Part shown: positions 1-9,078 of the stretch, piece by piece | Layout of the letters: each line of letters starts with the position of its first letter | Numbering within the stretch: the first letter of the stretch is position 1 | Origin: a virus | Direction: 5' to 3' (one strand) | Virus genome (UHGV): UHGV-0146833 | Length of the DNA stretch: 40,525 bases | Made by a program: the position numbers and the translations under genes | The notes under the pieces: model-generated | Database searches by the model: none | Seen by the model: the letters and a program-made list of their open reading frames with translations, nothing else | Told to the model about the DNA's origin: nothing

Positions 1-180
1 TGAATTATGTGCTAATCTTTAGAACAAAGTCAAGGAACAAATTTTAGAGTTCCGATATTGTGTTTTTGTCTATTGTCCGTTATTGTGTTCTGTTAGTTTG
101 TGACTAAGTTAACGCGTTATTAGTTATCTTATTCTCAAATTGTGTTACGATAATCCGAGCGGATAATCAGGAGAGGAAAG
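1..180. promoter_or_regulatory. telN upstream / telomere-proximal regulatory region: ATTGTGTT direct repeats (57-64, 82-89, 139-146; variant 71-78), 10-bp palindrome TAACGCGTTA (110-119), tandem GATAATC (149-155, 162-168) ahead of the telN RBS
   Basis: Repeats read directly from sequence. First 17 nt (TGAATTATGTGCTAATC) loosely resemble the TelN-binding flank of the N15 telRL site as I recall it. No complete telomere palindrome is present in the window. Confidence 0.3.
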
Positions 181-2076
181 ATGAGCAAAGTAAAAATCGG
201 TGAATTAATAAACTCACTTGTTAGCGATGTTGAGTCAATAGATAACTCTGACCGTCCTCAAGGGGAAAAAACAAAAAAAATAAAAGCTGTTGCATTAAAA
301 TTTAAAAATGCATTATTTAATGACAAGCGAAAGTTTAGGGGGAAAGGATTAGAAAAAAGAATTACAGCCAACACATTCAATGCCTATATGAGCAGGGCCA
401 GAAAACGGTTTGATGATAAACTTCATCATAGCTTTGAAAAAAATATACATCGCCTATCTGAAAAGTATCCTTTATATAATGAGGAGCTATTGTCATGGCT
501 TTCTCTACCTGCTGCCGATATTCGCCAGAGAATGTCAGCTTTACAGGCAAAATTAAAATTAATTCTCCCTTTATCAGAAGATTTATCTAATATCAGAATT
601 GGTGATAACAAAAGTCATAATAAGTTATTAAAATTATCAAATAAATATAAAGAGTGGCAATTCGCCATTTCTGATTTAACTAGCGATAACTGGAAAGATA
701 AGCGCGATTATTTATATAAATTACTACAGCAAGGATCTGCCTTACTTGAGGAGTTGAATCAGCTAAAAGTTAACCATGAGATTCTCTATCATCTTCAACT
801 AAGCCCTGCCGAACGCGCATCTATCCAGCAACGATGGGCAGACGTTCTGCACAATAAGAAACGTAACGTGGTGGTCATTGATTACCCTAAATATATGCAA
901 GCTATTTACGATATTATAAATAGCCCTGCTACATTAAATAATCTAAACACTCGTTCAGGTATGGCTCCTTTGGCATTTGCACTTGCTGCATTGTCAGGAA
1001 GACGAATGATTGAGATTATGTATCAAGGTACATTCACTGTTTCTGGTAAGTATACCGTTGATTTTTTAGGCCAAGCTAAAAAAAGAACTTCTGATGATAT
1101 AACCAGAAAAATATATACATTATGCGAAGCGAAAACATTTGTTTATTTAATAAATGTACTTCGCTCATGCCCAGCAGCATCTGATTTTGATGATGTCGTT
1201 AAAGGTTATGGAGATAACGACACACGCTCTGAAAACGGACGTATTAATGCCATATTAGCAAAGGCTTTTAACCCGTGGGTTAAATCATTTTTCAAAGATG
1301 ACCGCCGTGTTTATAAAGATAGTCGTGCTATTTATGCCCGTATTGCGTATGAAATGTTTTTCCGCGTAGATCCTCGTTGGAAAAATGTAGATGAGGATGT
1401 TTTCTTTATGGAAATTTTAGGACATGACGATGAAAACACTCAATTACACTATAAGCAATTCAAGCTGGCCAACTTCTCAAAGACATGGAGGCCAAATACT
1501 GGAAACGAAAATACCAGGCTGGAAGCATTGCAGCAGCTTGATGACGAAATGCCTGGATTCGCCAGAGGAGATGCCGGGGTTCGTCTGCATAACACAGTTA
1601 AGCAGCTGGTAGAGCAGGACCCCTCTATAAAAATCACGAACAGCACTCTAAGAGCATTCAAATTTAGCCCAACAATGATTAGTCGATACCTGGAATTTGC
1701 TGCTGATGCTCTGGGGCAATTTGTTGGCGAAAATGGACAATGGCAGCTGAAAATAGATACTCCAGAAATCGTTATGCCTGACGAAGAAGAGCTGGAAGCA
1801 ATACCTGAACAGGTGGATGAATTATCAGAGGATGACGATCTGGATGACGACGAAATTGAGATAGAGGAAGAGATAGAGGAAGAGAGCATAGAAGAACAGC
1901 AACCGCCCGCGCCTTCTTCACCTGTATCTAAGCCGGTATTTAAGCCTGTGAGAAATATTGGTGATGGCTCATACGTTGTTGAGTTTCATTATAATGGCCA
2001 GAATTATGCTTGGTCCGGCAGTGCAAACAGCCCTATGTCAGCAATGCAGTTAGCATGGCTGACATATTTCGGATAA
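181..2076 (+). CDS. telN: Protelomerase (telomere resolvase) TelN
   Basis: 631 aa, same length as N15 TelN; near-colinear similarity to remembered N15 TelN over the whole protein (MSKVKIGELIN..., RDYLYKL, GRINAILAKAFNPWVKSFF, acidic C-terminal tract). RBS AGGAGAGGAAAG upstream. Confidence 0.92.
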   Translation: MSKVKIGELINSLVSDVESIDNSDRPQGEKTKKIKAVALKFKNALFNDKRKFRGKGLEKRITANTFNAYMSRARKRFDDKLHHSFEKNIHRLSEKYPLYNEELLSWLSLPAADIRQRMSALQAKLKLILPLSEDLSNIRIGDNKSHNKLLKLSNKYKEWQFAISDLTSDNWKDKRDYLYKLLQQGSALLEELNQLKVNHEILYHLQLSPAERASIQQRWADVLHNKKRNVVVIDYPKYMQAIYDIINSPATLNNLNTRSGMAPLAFALAALSGRRMIEIMYQGTFTVSGKYTVDFLGQAKKRTSDDITRKIYTLCEAKTFVYLINVLRSCPAASDFDDVVKGYGDNDTRSENGRINAILAKAFNPWVKSFFKDDRRVYKDSRAIYARIAYEMFFRVDPRWKNVDEDVFFMEILGHDDENTQLHYKQFKLANFSKTWRPNTGNENTRLEALQQLDDEMPGFARGDAGVRLHNTVKQLVEQDPSIKITNSTLRAFKFSPTMISRYLEFAADALGQFVGENGQWQLKIDTPEIVMPDEEELEAIPEQVDELSEDDDLDDDEIEIEEEIEEESIEEQQPPAPSSPVSKPVFKPVRNIGDGSYVVEFHYNGQNYAWSGSANSPMSAMQLAWLTYFG

Positions 2077-2087
2077 ATCATACGGTA

Positions 2088-2119
2088 AAGGCACCGAATT
2101 ATCGGTGCCTTGTTGTGTG
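2088..2119 (+). terminator. Hairpin (AAGGCACCGA-ATTA-TCGGTGCCTT) followed by GTTGTGTG after telN; weak U-tract
   Basis: 10-bp perfect stem 12 nt after the telN stop; convergent with the minus-strand operon ending at 2249. Confidence 0.4.
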
Positions 2120-2248
2120 GCCTACCTCGCCTGCCCCCTGCAAAGGGCAGAAGTAACGGAGGAAACGCGGCTGCAACCACAGACATCACCGCCCCGACTG
2201 CGAGGCTTCCCTTCTCGAAGAAGGGCATAAATTCGGGCTGGCCAACCC

Positions 2249-3031
2249 CTATTTATTGGTGATTTCTGCTGGCTTTAGCTGCGCGGACAACTGCTCAAGT
2301 TTTTGAACTGCCAGTTCAAAATGCGCGGGTAACGCCTTTTCCAGATCAGAGTTGATATCGGTGATGGGCAAATCACCACACGACATACTCCGCCTACCAC
2401 CACGAACAACATCACGCAACAACTCTCGTTCATACGTGCGCATGTTCCCCAATGCCGACTCAGCAGCCGTCAAAATCCGGCGCAGTTCTGCCGTAATTGC
2501 TGGCAAATCATCAACAGTTATGGGGTTCGGGGATGGATTACGACACGCCCGACGCAAAGCCAACCATACACCGCTAATCCAGGCATTTCGGTATTGAAAA
2601 CTTTGTGCAATATCGTTAATCAGCCCTCGCAGATACTCCTTCTGCCTCCAGTTCAACGGCTCCGCTGCTCGCATTGGCTCTGGCTCGACGTAAACGTACT
2701 CTCCATTTTTGCGAATAGAGGGCAAGACTTCGTTCGTTACCCATTTGCGAAACCGCCAAGCTGTTGTGCCTTGCTTCACCGCGTCACGGCAGCGGAGGAT
2801 CAGGGTGTATAGACCTGACTCTGAAATAATATTTAGCTTTTGCTCTCCGCCAGGGGTGTAACTTAAAGTTACACCCTTTTCATCCTCATCCAGAGACATT
2901 AGCGCCTTCCGGGAGTTAACGAGTCTTAAAGCATCACATACATCCTTAGCCACAAACCACGGCTCACCGTTAATCATCACTACACGAATCTGATGCTCTT
3001 CCTGAAACGAAAATACAGCTAACGCGCTCAT
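2249..3031 (-). CDS. Bro-N / KilA-N domain antirepressor-like protein (AntC-like position)
   Basis: N-terminal motif FQEEHQIRVVMINGEPWFVAKDVCDAL is typical of the Bro-N family; last gene of a three-gene coupled operon next to telN. Confidence 0.75.
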   Translation of the reverse strand: MSALAVFSFQEEHQIRVVMINGEPWFVAKDVCDALRLVNSRKALMSLDEDEKGVTLSYTPGGEQKLNIISESGLYTLILRCRDAVKQGTTAWRFRKWVTNEVLPSIRKNGEYVYVEPEPMRAAEPLNWRQKEYLRGLINDIAQSFQYRNAWISGVWLALRRACRNPSPNPITVDDLPAITAELRRILTAAESALGNMRTYERELLRDVVRGGRRSMSCGDLPITDINSDLEKALPAHFELAVQKLEQLSAQLKPAEITNK

Positions 3032-3261
3032 TTAGCCTCCTTATTGTGCTGCAATTGCGACGAGAGAGATGCTGAATACCCCTGTGCTTCGTGTGTTAGC
3101 TCACACGCAATTTGAAGGAGCTTCCCGGCTTCTGATAGATAAATCGACGCCTCACAGCTGGATACTGTCCGATGGGCTGATGACACGAGCGCATAGACCT
3201 GAGCCAGACGTTCATCCAACGACTCCAGCAGGCCAACAGTGTTCATTTTTACCTGATTCAT
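3028..3261 (-). CDS. Hypothetical 77-aa protein, middle gene of the antirepressor operon
   Basis: ORF in track; 4-bp overlaps with the ORFs on both sides (translational coupling). Confidence 0.55.
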   Translation of the reverse strand: MNQVKMNTVGLLESLDERLAQVYALVSSAHRTVSSCEASIYLSEAGKLLQIACELTHEAQGYSASLSSQLQHNKEAK

Positions 3262-3422
3262 GCAGCCACCTCGCGCACCGGAATACGGGCAGACAATACC
3301 AGGACAAACCGGCTGGCGAACTGGCGACGAGCTTCCCGTTCAGATGACGCGATGGTGGAAAGATGATGGATATGTGACTTTTTGTCTGTGCGAACGACTG
3401 CCGCAAATTTGAATTTGAACAT
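3258..3422 (-). CDS. Icd-like small protein (54 aa), first gene of the antirepressor operon
   Basis: Not in ORF track (<60 aa). Hand translation: MFKFKFAAVVRTDKKSHIHHLSTIASSEREARRQFASRFVLVLSARIPVREVAA. GGAG RBS 8 nt upstream; stop overlaps next start (ATGA). The ASSER-AR-FVL-RIPV pattern resembles Icd-like cell-division inhibitors as I recall them. Confidence 0.5.
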   Translation of the reverse strand: MFKFKFAAVVRTDKKSHIHHLSTIASSEREARRQFASRFVLVLSARIPVREVAA

Positions 3423-3423
3423 G

Positions 3424-3719
3424 GTATGCACTCCGTTTAATTGGTCGTGCTACCACCAGAGTTCTCACGCTCTTGAATGGTGGTAGCCCAAGCGGGGGTG
3501 AGAATACCGGCAAACGAAGAAACCGGCCTGACCGAAGTCAGCCCCGCCTGAGCCACCATAAATCGGATATGCGCAGGTATATACACACAAAAAAACACGC
3601 TGGCGCGTGTTGTGCGCTTCGTTTATCCGGGTTCTCACGCCCGGCTGCGGGATTTACCGCAGCGGAGTAACTTTACCGTCAAAACGACGCACACGTCAAT
3701 AATTTGCAAAGACATTTTA
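3424..3719 (-). promoter_or_regulatory. Structured non-coding leader upstream of the antirepressor operon; candidate promoter plus c4/CA-like regulatory RNA
   Basis: ~300 bp without a credible ORF; several inverted repeats (GCTACCACCA...TGGTGGTAGC; CTGCGG...CCGCAG; ACACGC...GCGTGT) and a repeated GTTCTCACGC motif. RNA assignment is by analogy with P1/N15 immunity regions, not shown. Confidence 0.25.
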
Positions 3720-3739
3720 CCCCGTGACCAGTCACGGGG
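3720..3739. repeat. Palindrome CCCCGTGAC-CA-GTCACGGGG (family CGTGAC-YR-GTCACG, copy 1 of 3)
   Basis: Read directly; 9+2+9 inverted repeat followed by a T-run on the plus strand. Confidence 0.7.
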
Positions 3740-3800
3740 ACAGGTGTTTTTATAGTTTGCTTGAACGAGTGATCAGAAGTTGATCGTTAATCAAAGGCCA

Positions 3801-4112
3801 TTACTGATTAAGAGATTGGAAATACCTAACTAACTTACCGGCATCATCACATTTTTCTTTATCTTCGTCCTTAACATAGCCGCGACAAAAGGCTGAATAA
3901 AATTTTGCATTTTCAGAAGCAAAAGCAGCCGTCGAAAGGAGCAACTCTTTGCATGACTCTTTTGATGCAGCATCGGGATTATTTTTACATGCAAGCTCCG
4001 CTGATGAGTTAATAACAGAAATGCTATCTTCCTGGGCATAAACCGCAGCAGAAAAGGCAAAACATAAAACAAAAATAAAACTCTTCACTTTATCTCCTGT
4101 AACAGTCATCAC
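3801..4112 (-). CDS. Small secreted Cys-containing protein (signal peptide, ~80-aa mature part)
   Basis: N-terminal hydrophobic stretch ending ...AVYA-QE typical of a Sec signal peptide; four Cys in mature part; AT-rich codon usage. Confidence 0.6.
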   Translation of the reverse strand: MMTVTGDKVKSFIFVLCFAFSAAVYAQEDSISVINSSAELACKNNPDAASKESCKELLLSTAAFASENAKFYSAFCRGYVKDEDKEKCDDAGKLVRYFQSLNQ

Positions 4113-4115
4113 AAT

Positions 4116-4523
4116 TCAATCAACTTCTTTAGCATCAGCCATACGATTCAACCAGGAATCAACAATCGGTTGCTCATCTACAGAATGTTTACTAGGTATA
4201 ACTCGCCAGCTATCTTGCGAAAATCTGCCGTACTTACGCGGGAATAGGCCTTTCTTTATCTCCCGCCATGTACTAGGAAAACCATCCACAAAAGTACCAA
4301 TTAACAGGAGAGGGACAAAAATCAGAGCTACAAACCATCGTGCAAGAAAGTGTTCAACAACAACATTTTCACCGTTGTAGTAATACGCATACGCATCCAA
4401 TATGCGAATTTTCCTTACCTTAAAAATAGCCTTATGCTGAGAACGACTTAACTTGATACGAATGTATCCCTTATCCAAAGGGGATTCGTATTTGTATGAT
4501 TGAACAGCCATTTTTAACCCCAC
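4116..4523 (-). CDS. Hypothetical single-pass membrane protein (135 aa)
   Basis: Central hydrophobic helix WFVALIFVPLLLIGTFV; stop abuts next start; AT-rich. Confidence 0.6.
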   Translation of the reverse strand: MGLKMAVQSYKYESPLDKGYIRIKLSRSQHKAIFKVRKIRILDAYAYYYNGENVVVEHFLARWFVALIFVPLLLIGTFVDGFPSTWREIKKGLFPRKYGRFSQDSWRVIPSKHSVDEQPIVDSWLNRMADAKEVD

Positions 4524-4843
4524 TCACCATCAGCAAACAAAGCGTTATACTCTGATAATGGTAAATGATGCCCCTCAATTGCCAGATTAAGCCCCAAATG
4601 GGTAGATGGGTGCTCCTTATCTGGCTCCTCCTCCCACAATTCAGAAGCTAAAGAAGCTAAACGCTCAGCCGCTTTCACGTAGTTTTCGGTCCTGAACCAA
4701 CCCAAATTAATCCCACCATCAGTAATCGCCCAGGCTACTTTCTTCTCTTCTTCCTGAATAGCCTTAATGCGTCGATCGCACTCATCCCGGCAGAACTTCA
4801 GCTGACGGTAATCAAGTGTGTCCAAAAATGCAGTAGTAGACAT
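4514..4843 (-). CDS. Hypothetical cytoplasmic protein (109 aa)
   Basis: Strong RBS GGGGAG upstream of ATG; overlaps downstream gene start; AT-rich. Confidence 0.6.
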   Translation of the reverse strand: MSTTAFLDTLDYRQLKFCRDECDRRIKAIQEEEKKVAWAITDGGINLGWFRTENYVKAAERLASLASELWEEEPDKEHPSTHLGLNLAIEGHHLPLSEYNALFADGEWG

Positions 4844-4847
4844 ATTT

Positions 4848-5039
4848 TTACTCCCCGTTCACCGAAAAATCACGATAGAAACGTTTCCACATACGATAAG
4901 TCTGCGCGAGTTGTTCACCACGAAACATCGCCTTCCTGGCCTTCATGTTTTCCTTGTGAGACTTTCGATCTATGAACCAAAACCATTGCTGGAACACACA
5001 AAGCAAGAGACACAAAGATAATATCCACTGATTACCCAT
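4848..5039 (-). CDS. Hypothetical small membrane protein (63 aa), start overlapping the repA stop
   Basis: Internal ATG of track ORF 4848..5156; N-terminal hydrophobic helix (WILSLCLLLCVFQQWFWF); 4 nt before next gene's start. Confidence 0.4.
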   Translation of the reverse strand: MGNQWILSLCLLLCVFQQWFWFIDRKSHKENMKARKAMFRGEQLAQTYRMWKRFYRDFSVNGE

Positions 5040-8000
5040 AGAAAGCGCCCTGCTCTTCGTAGCTGCATGAGCTATTCCCGGTAATGTATTCTCGTAACCG
5101 CCGCAGTTCATTGCTAGACAAGTGATCCATGAACTCTGTGAGGTACAGAGATGCAAACGTCATAGCTATGCTGGCTGATGACCATGATGACATAGTGGCC
5201 AGCTCCTCACCGGAAAGCGCACTCATCGCCCAGGACTCAGGAACAGCCACAGGCAATACAGCCAAAGCCTGTGATATAGCTGAACGAGGGGGATCCTGTT
5301 CCTCCGTGTTTGTGGATCGCGTTTCACCATTCATATATATATTTAATGACAAATCGCGATCCACTTCGGTCGTTGATTTTTCTGCCTTGCGAGCTTTCAA
5401 CGTCATACCGTCCTCCTGACGTTGCGCAAGAATATCAAGCATAAATGCTACAGACTCAGGCTCAACAAAACGCAATGTCGGGCGCTTATCGCCATCTCTG
5501 CCGCGACGTTTTCCTGTTTTTAGGCCGAGAGAGTCGCAGATGTTTTTAAACAGTGCTTCCGGCACTTTAGGCTTCCCTTTTGGTGTCATAAAACCACCAA
5601 TGCGCAGAACGTTATTCAACAGGTCACGGCGTTCTGCTGTCATGAGATTATCTCGAGCGAACTTAAGGCGTTCCTGCGTCGCTTCGCCGGTCATAGTTTC
5701 AGGGTCGATACCGCAGTCGATAAAGTACTGCCGGAGAGTTGCTGATTTAAGCGCATAGAATCCGCGCATGCCGACCTCAACAGCTGGGGTGGCTTTTACC
5801 TTGTAGTCGATTATTCCCGGAAATTTCGCTTTGAATACATCATCAGCCTGCTCGCGTGTCATCGCGGTCACCACAAAATATTGCCACTGTCCGGTCTGGC
5901 GATATGCGTATGTAAAATTGATAGCCGCTTCTTCACGGTCATAACGACGGGCAGTGACTTCATCAAGCAGCATCGTTTCATAACGGCGAATTTTGTCTCG
6001 AGCGCCATCGAAATAGAATTTCAGTGTGCCTTCTTCAACCGGTAATTTCAGTTCGTTCTCAATATCCCAGCGGACCAGTTTTGCCTGTTCTTCAAGCGTT
6101 AGCGCACGTTTTTTTAGTAGTTCTTCACGCTCTGATTCTTCTGGTGTCTCTGTATTGAGGTGCAGATCCAGCGTCTGTTCCCACACAATATCCCGCGCTT
6201 CTTTGCGCAGCTCTTTACCAAAATCGTTCGCGGCATAATCGGTAGCTAATGGTGATACCTTATAACCGTCGCTGTGCATGATGCAGATCATGTTGCTGGC
6301 GTAGTCGTTACGCGCAGACGCTTCAATTGCGGCTGCTTTAATTTTCATCCTGGTAAAGTCGGTATTGGCTACCCCCATTGATATACGGTCGCCATCGAAA
6401 ATGACATCCGTCAGTTCACCGTTCATGCCTGCGGTAGCAAGTAATGCCTGGGCGAATGCACGTTCTATTTTTTGCGGATCAGTCTCGCGTTTTGCACGGG
6501 CTTTATCAAAGCCAATAATAAATTCTTTTGCTGTACGGTCGCGGCGTAGCATTTGCACTGCGTCGCTGGGCACAACTTCACCGCAGAACATGCCGAAATG
6601 ACGGTCAAAATGTTTTTTCTCAAATGACACCCCGGAGGAAATCGACGGGCTGTAGATCAGTCCATCGTATTTCATCACCATTACTTTTGGCTGGCTGGTA
6701 AAGGCATCGACTTCTTCATCCTGTTTGCTTTTCTGGTTTACGCACAGAAATTTCTTGCCAGGGAAATGCATTCTCAGGGTGGCGGTCACATCTTCTGCAA
6801 AGGTGGAGCTGTCGGTGGCCAACATAATTTTTTCGCCATCCGATACAGCTTTCACCACCTCGGTCATGATGCGATCTTTTTCTGTATAAAAAACCCGGAT
6901 TGGCTCACCTGTTTCGCGGTTGCGAACATCAACAGGTAATTCAATTACGTGGATCTGCAGCCATGCCGGTAAACCTAGTTCTTCACGGCGTTTCATAGCC
7001 AGTTCAGCCAGGTCAACCAGCAGATCGTTCGCATCAGCATCCACCATGATTGGGTGTTGTTCCGTTCTGGCCAGCGCGTCAATTAACGTATTGAATACAG
7101 CCACCGGGTTTTCCATAGCCCGACCGGAAAGAACGGCACGTAGCCCTTGTGTTGCCTCGTCAAAGCCAAAATAGTCGTGCTGGCGCATCAACGGTTGCCA
7201 GCAGTTTTTAACAATCGAGTTTATGCAGATGGTCAGTTTACTGGCGTATGGAGCCATTTCCTGATAGCCAGGGTCCTGATAGTGCAGGATATCGGCTTTT
7301 ACACCTTTTCCTTCTGTCATCATTTCCCACAGGCCACCAATAAGGGAGACACGGTGAGCAACAGAGATACCACGTTCTGAGCTATGCATTAACGGTCGTA
7401 ACAATCCAGTAGATTTGCCGGAACCCATACCAGCACGGACGATGACTATCCCCTGTAGTGATTGCACGTACTTCAGGACATCATCGGTCATTACCGAAGT
7501 TTCAAAACGCTTATAGGTGATATGTTGAGGGCGTTTATTGGGATCAGTTATGCGTTCGCTGAAAGAGCGCGGAGCCTGGGCAATACGGCACTTTTTATTC
7601 AGGCGACGGGCAATGTGGTCTTTTACCGTAGCGCGATAGATATTTTCCAGTCCCATTTCACGCAGAACGATGCAGAACATGTTAAATAAATCTGACGGAC
7701 TGTTAGGAACCGGACAGGTTAGCATGCCAATATCCACCGCTCTCAGCAGCTCTTTGGCAAAAGTACGACGGTTATCCCGCTTAATTGTCTTCAGGCGGTT
7801 GAGCGTCAGAGATAGCAAATCAGTGCCGGTTTTCAGGCGGTTTGCTGTTGCGAATAGTTGACGTGCTGTTTCACGAAGTCCACGTAGTTTGTGCAGGTCG
7901 TTGAAGTCACTGCACTCCATTTGCGGATCGTCTTCAAAAGTTGGGTAGACGCAGCGGACATCGTTGAATTTAGATAAGATTTCATAGCCAGTCCGCAGGC

Positions 8001-9027
8001 CGGTATTCCCTTTTCCTTCTGTGGCTGATTTCCGGTCATTATCCAGTGCGCAGGTGATTTTTGCCGCTGGGTACATGTTTACCAGTTGTTCCACAACATG
8101 AACCATGTTGTTAGCGGATACAGCGACAACCACAGCGTCAAAGCGTTTATCTTTTTTCGTGGCAAGCCAGATGGATGCACCAGTAGCAAAACCTTCTGTA
8201 ACAGCGATGTTTTGCGCCCCTTTCAGCTCACCGATAACAAAGCAGGCACCGACGAAATCGCCGCTGGTTACTGCGGTGGTCTGGTATTTCCCACCTTGTT
8301 TGTCGATTCGCTGCCAACCCACAATACGACCATCGTAACGACCGTCCAGATGAGCCAGAGGGATAGCCATATATGTGGTTGGCCCCCGGCTCCATTTCGC
8401 ACTGTCGTGACTGGTCACGCGACGCACATCACACGAATTAAAAACGTCACGAATACCTTTTTTAATCGCATATGGCCATGAGCCGTCTTCTGCAGGAGCA
8501 TGTTCCCACGCGCTGTGGAATGCCAGCCATCCCAGCAAACGTTCATGGTCCATTTGGTTGTTTTTCAGGTCATTAATTCGTTTTTGTTCTTCACGGCGAC
8601 GACGTGCTTCGGCCTGACGTTCTATTCTTGCCCGTTCTTCTTCCGGTTGTGCGACCACGGTCGCATTATTCCGTTGTTGCTCACGGCGATATTCAGAAAA
8701 CAGGAAGGAGAAACCGCTCCATGAGCCAGCATCGCTGCCTTTATGGACGAAGTTAATGAACGGGTAATCAATCCCTTTGCTGTGTTCCAGCCTGGAGTAA
8801 ATTTCTACGCGTCCTTTCAGGCTCTTTTCGAGAGCTTCTGGAGATGTTTTATTGTATGAAGAGTAACGCTCAACCCCCCCACGAGGGTTGAGTTGGATGT
8901 TGTCGGAACAGGCAGGCCAGTTGATACCAGCCATTTGTGCCAGCTCGGTTAGTTCATCCCGTGCTGCTTCAATTAGCGAGAACGGATCGCTGCCAAAGCG
9001 ATCCGCATAGAAATCGTTTAATGTCAT
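5032..9027 (-). CDS. repA: Replication protein RepA (primase-helicase multidomain, N15 RepA-like)
   Basis: 1331 aa (N15 RepA is about 1324 aa by recollection); Walker A-like GMGSGKST in the C-terminal half; position between the telN side and cB as in N15. Confidence 0.85.
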   Translation of the reverse strand: MTLNDFYADRFGSDPFSLIEAARDELTELAQMAGINWPACSDNIQLNPRGGVERYSSYNKTSPEALEKSLKGRVEIYSRLEHSKGIDYPFINFVHKGSDAGSWSGFSFLFSEYRREQQRNNATVVAQPEEERARIERQAEARRRREEQKRINDLKNNQMDHERLLGWLAFHSAWEHAPAEDGSWPYAIKKGIRDVFNSCDVRRVTSHDSAKWSRGPTTYMAIPLAHLDGRYDGRIVGWQRIDKQGGKYQTTAVTSGDFVGACFVIGELKGAQNIAVTEGFATGASIWLATKKDKRFDAVVVAVSANNMVHVVEQLVNMYPAAKITCALDNDRKSATEGKGNTGLRTGYEILSKFNDVRCVYPTFEDDPQMECSDFNDLHKLRGLRETARQLFATANRLKTGTDLLSLTLNRLKTIKRDNRRTFAKELLRAVDIGMLTCPVPNSPSDLFNMFCIVLREMGLENIYRATVKDHIARRLNKKCRIAQAPRSFSERITDPNKRPQHITYKRFETSVMTDDVLKYVQSLQGIVIVRAGMGSGKSTGLLRPLMHSSERGISVAHRVSLIGGLWEMMTEGKGVKADILHYQDPGYQEMAPYASKLTICINSIVKNCWQPLMRQHDYFGFDEATQGLRAVLSGRAMENPVAVFNTLIDALARTEQHPIMVDADANDLLVDLAELAMKRREELGLPAWLQIHVIELPVDVRNRETGEPIRVFYTEKDRIMTEVVKAVSDGEKIMLATDSSTFAEDVTATLRMHFPGKKFLCVNQKSKQDEEVDAFTSQPKVMVMKYDGLIYSPSISSGVSFEKKHFDRHFGMFCGEVVPSDAVQMLRRDRTAKEFIIGFDKARAKRETDPQKIERAFAQALLATAGMNGELTDVIFDGDRISMGVANTDFTRMKIKAAAIEASARNDYASNMICIMHSDGYKVSPLATDYAANDFGKELRKEARDIVWEQTLDLHLNTETPEESEREELLKKRALTLEEQAKLVRWDIENELKLPVEEGTLKFYFDGARDKIRRYETMLLDEVTARRYDREEAAINFTYAYRQTGQWQYFVVTAMTREQADDVFKAKFPGIIDYKVKATPAVEVGMRGFYALKSATLRQYFIDCGIDPETMTGEATQERLKFARDNLMTAERRDLLNNVLRIGGFMTPKGKPKVPEALFKNICDSLGLKTGKRRGRDGDKRPTLRFVEPESVAFMLDILAQRQEDGMTLKARKAEKSTTEVDRDLSLNIYMNGETRSTNTEEQDPPRSAISQALAVLPVAVPESWAMSALSGEELATMSSWSSASIAMTFASLYLTEFMDHLSSNELRRLREYITGNSSCSYEEQGAFYG
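8406..8419. repeat. Palindrome CGTGAC-TG-GTCACG inside repA (copy 2 of 3)
   Basis: Read directly. Confidence 0.7.
8650..8665. repeat. Palindrome TGCGACC-AC-GGTCGCA inside repA (centromere-like family, copy 1 of 6)
   Basis: Read directly; resembles the F-plasmid sopC inverted repeat (TGGGACCACGGTCCCA as I recall). Confidence 0.7.
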
Positions 9028-9078
9028 TTTTTAGCCATTCCATGCGAATTATGTTTTTTCGGGTTGAAAAAATCCGCA

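Noticed and set aside
1449-1889. 146-aa Ser-rich minus-strand ORF inside telN
   Set aside because: Antisense to the acidic, repetitive C-terminal region of telN; low-complexity translation; no RBS. An artefact of the GAA/GAG-rich coding strand.
3212-3670. Track ORFs 3212..3406 (minus) and 3473..3670 (plus) in the antirepressor leader
   Set aside because: 3212..3406 overlaps, in another frame, the better-supported 54-aa ORF, which has an RBS, coupling and an Icd-like pattern. 3473..3670 starts with TTG, has no RBS and runs through inverted repeats; it is more likely non-coding regulatory sequence.
5129-8724. Multiple 60-130 aa plus-strand ORFs within repA
   Set aside because: All lie antisense to the single long repA frame; several are created by the palindromes; none has a start signal.
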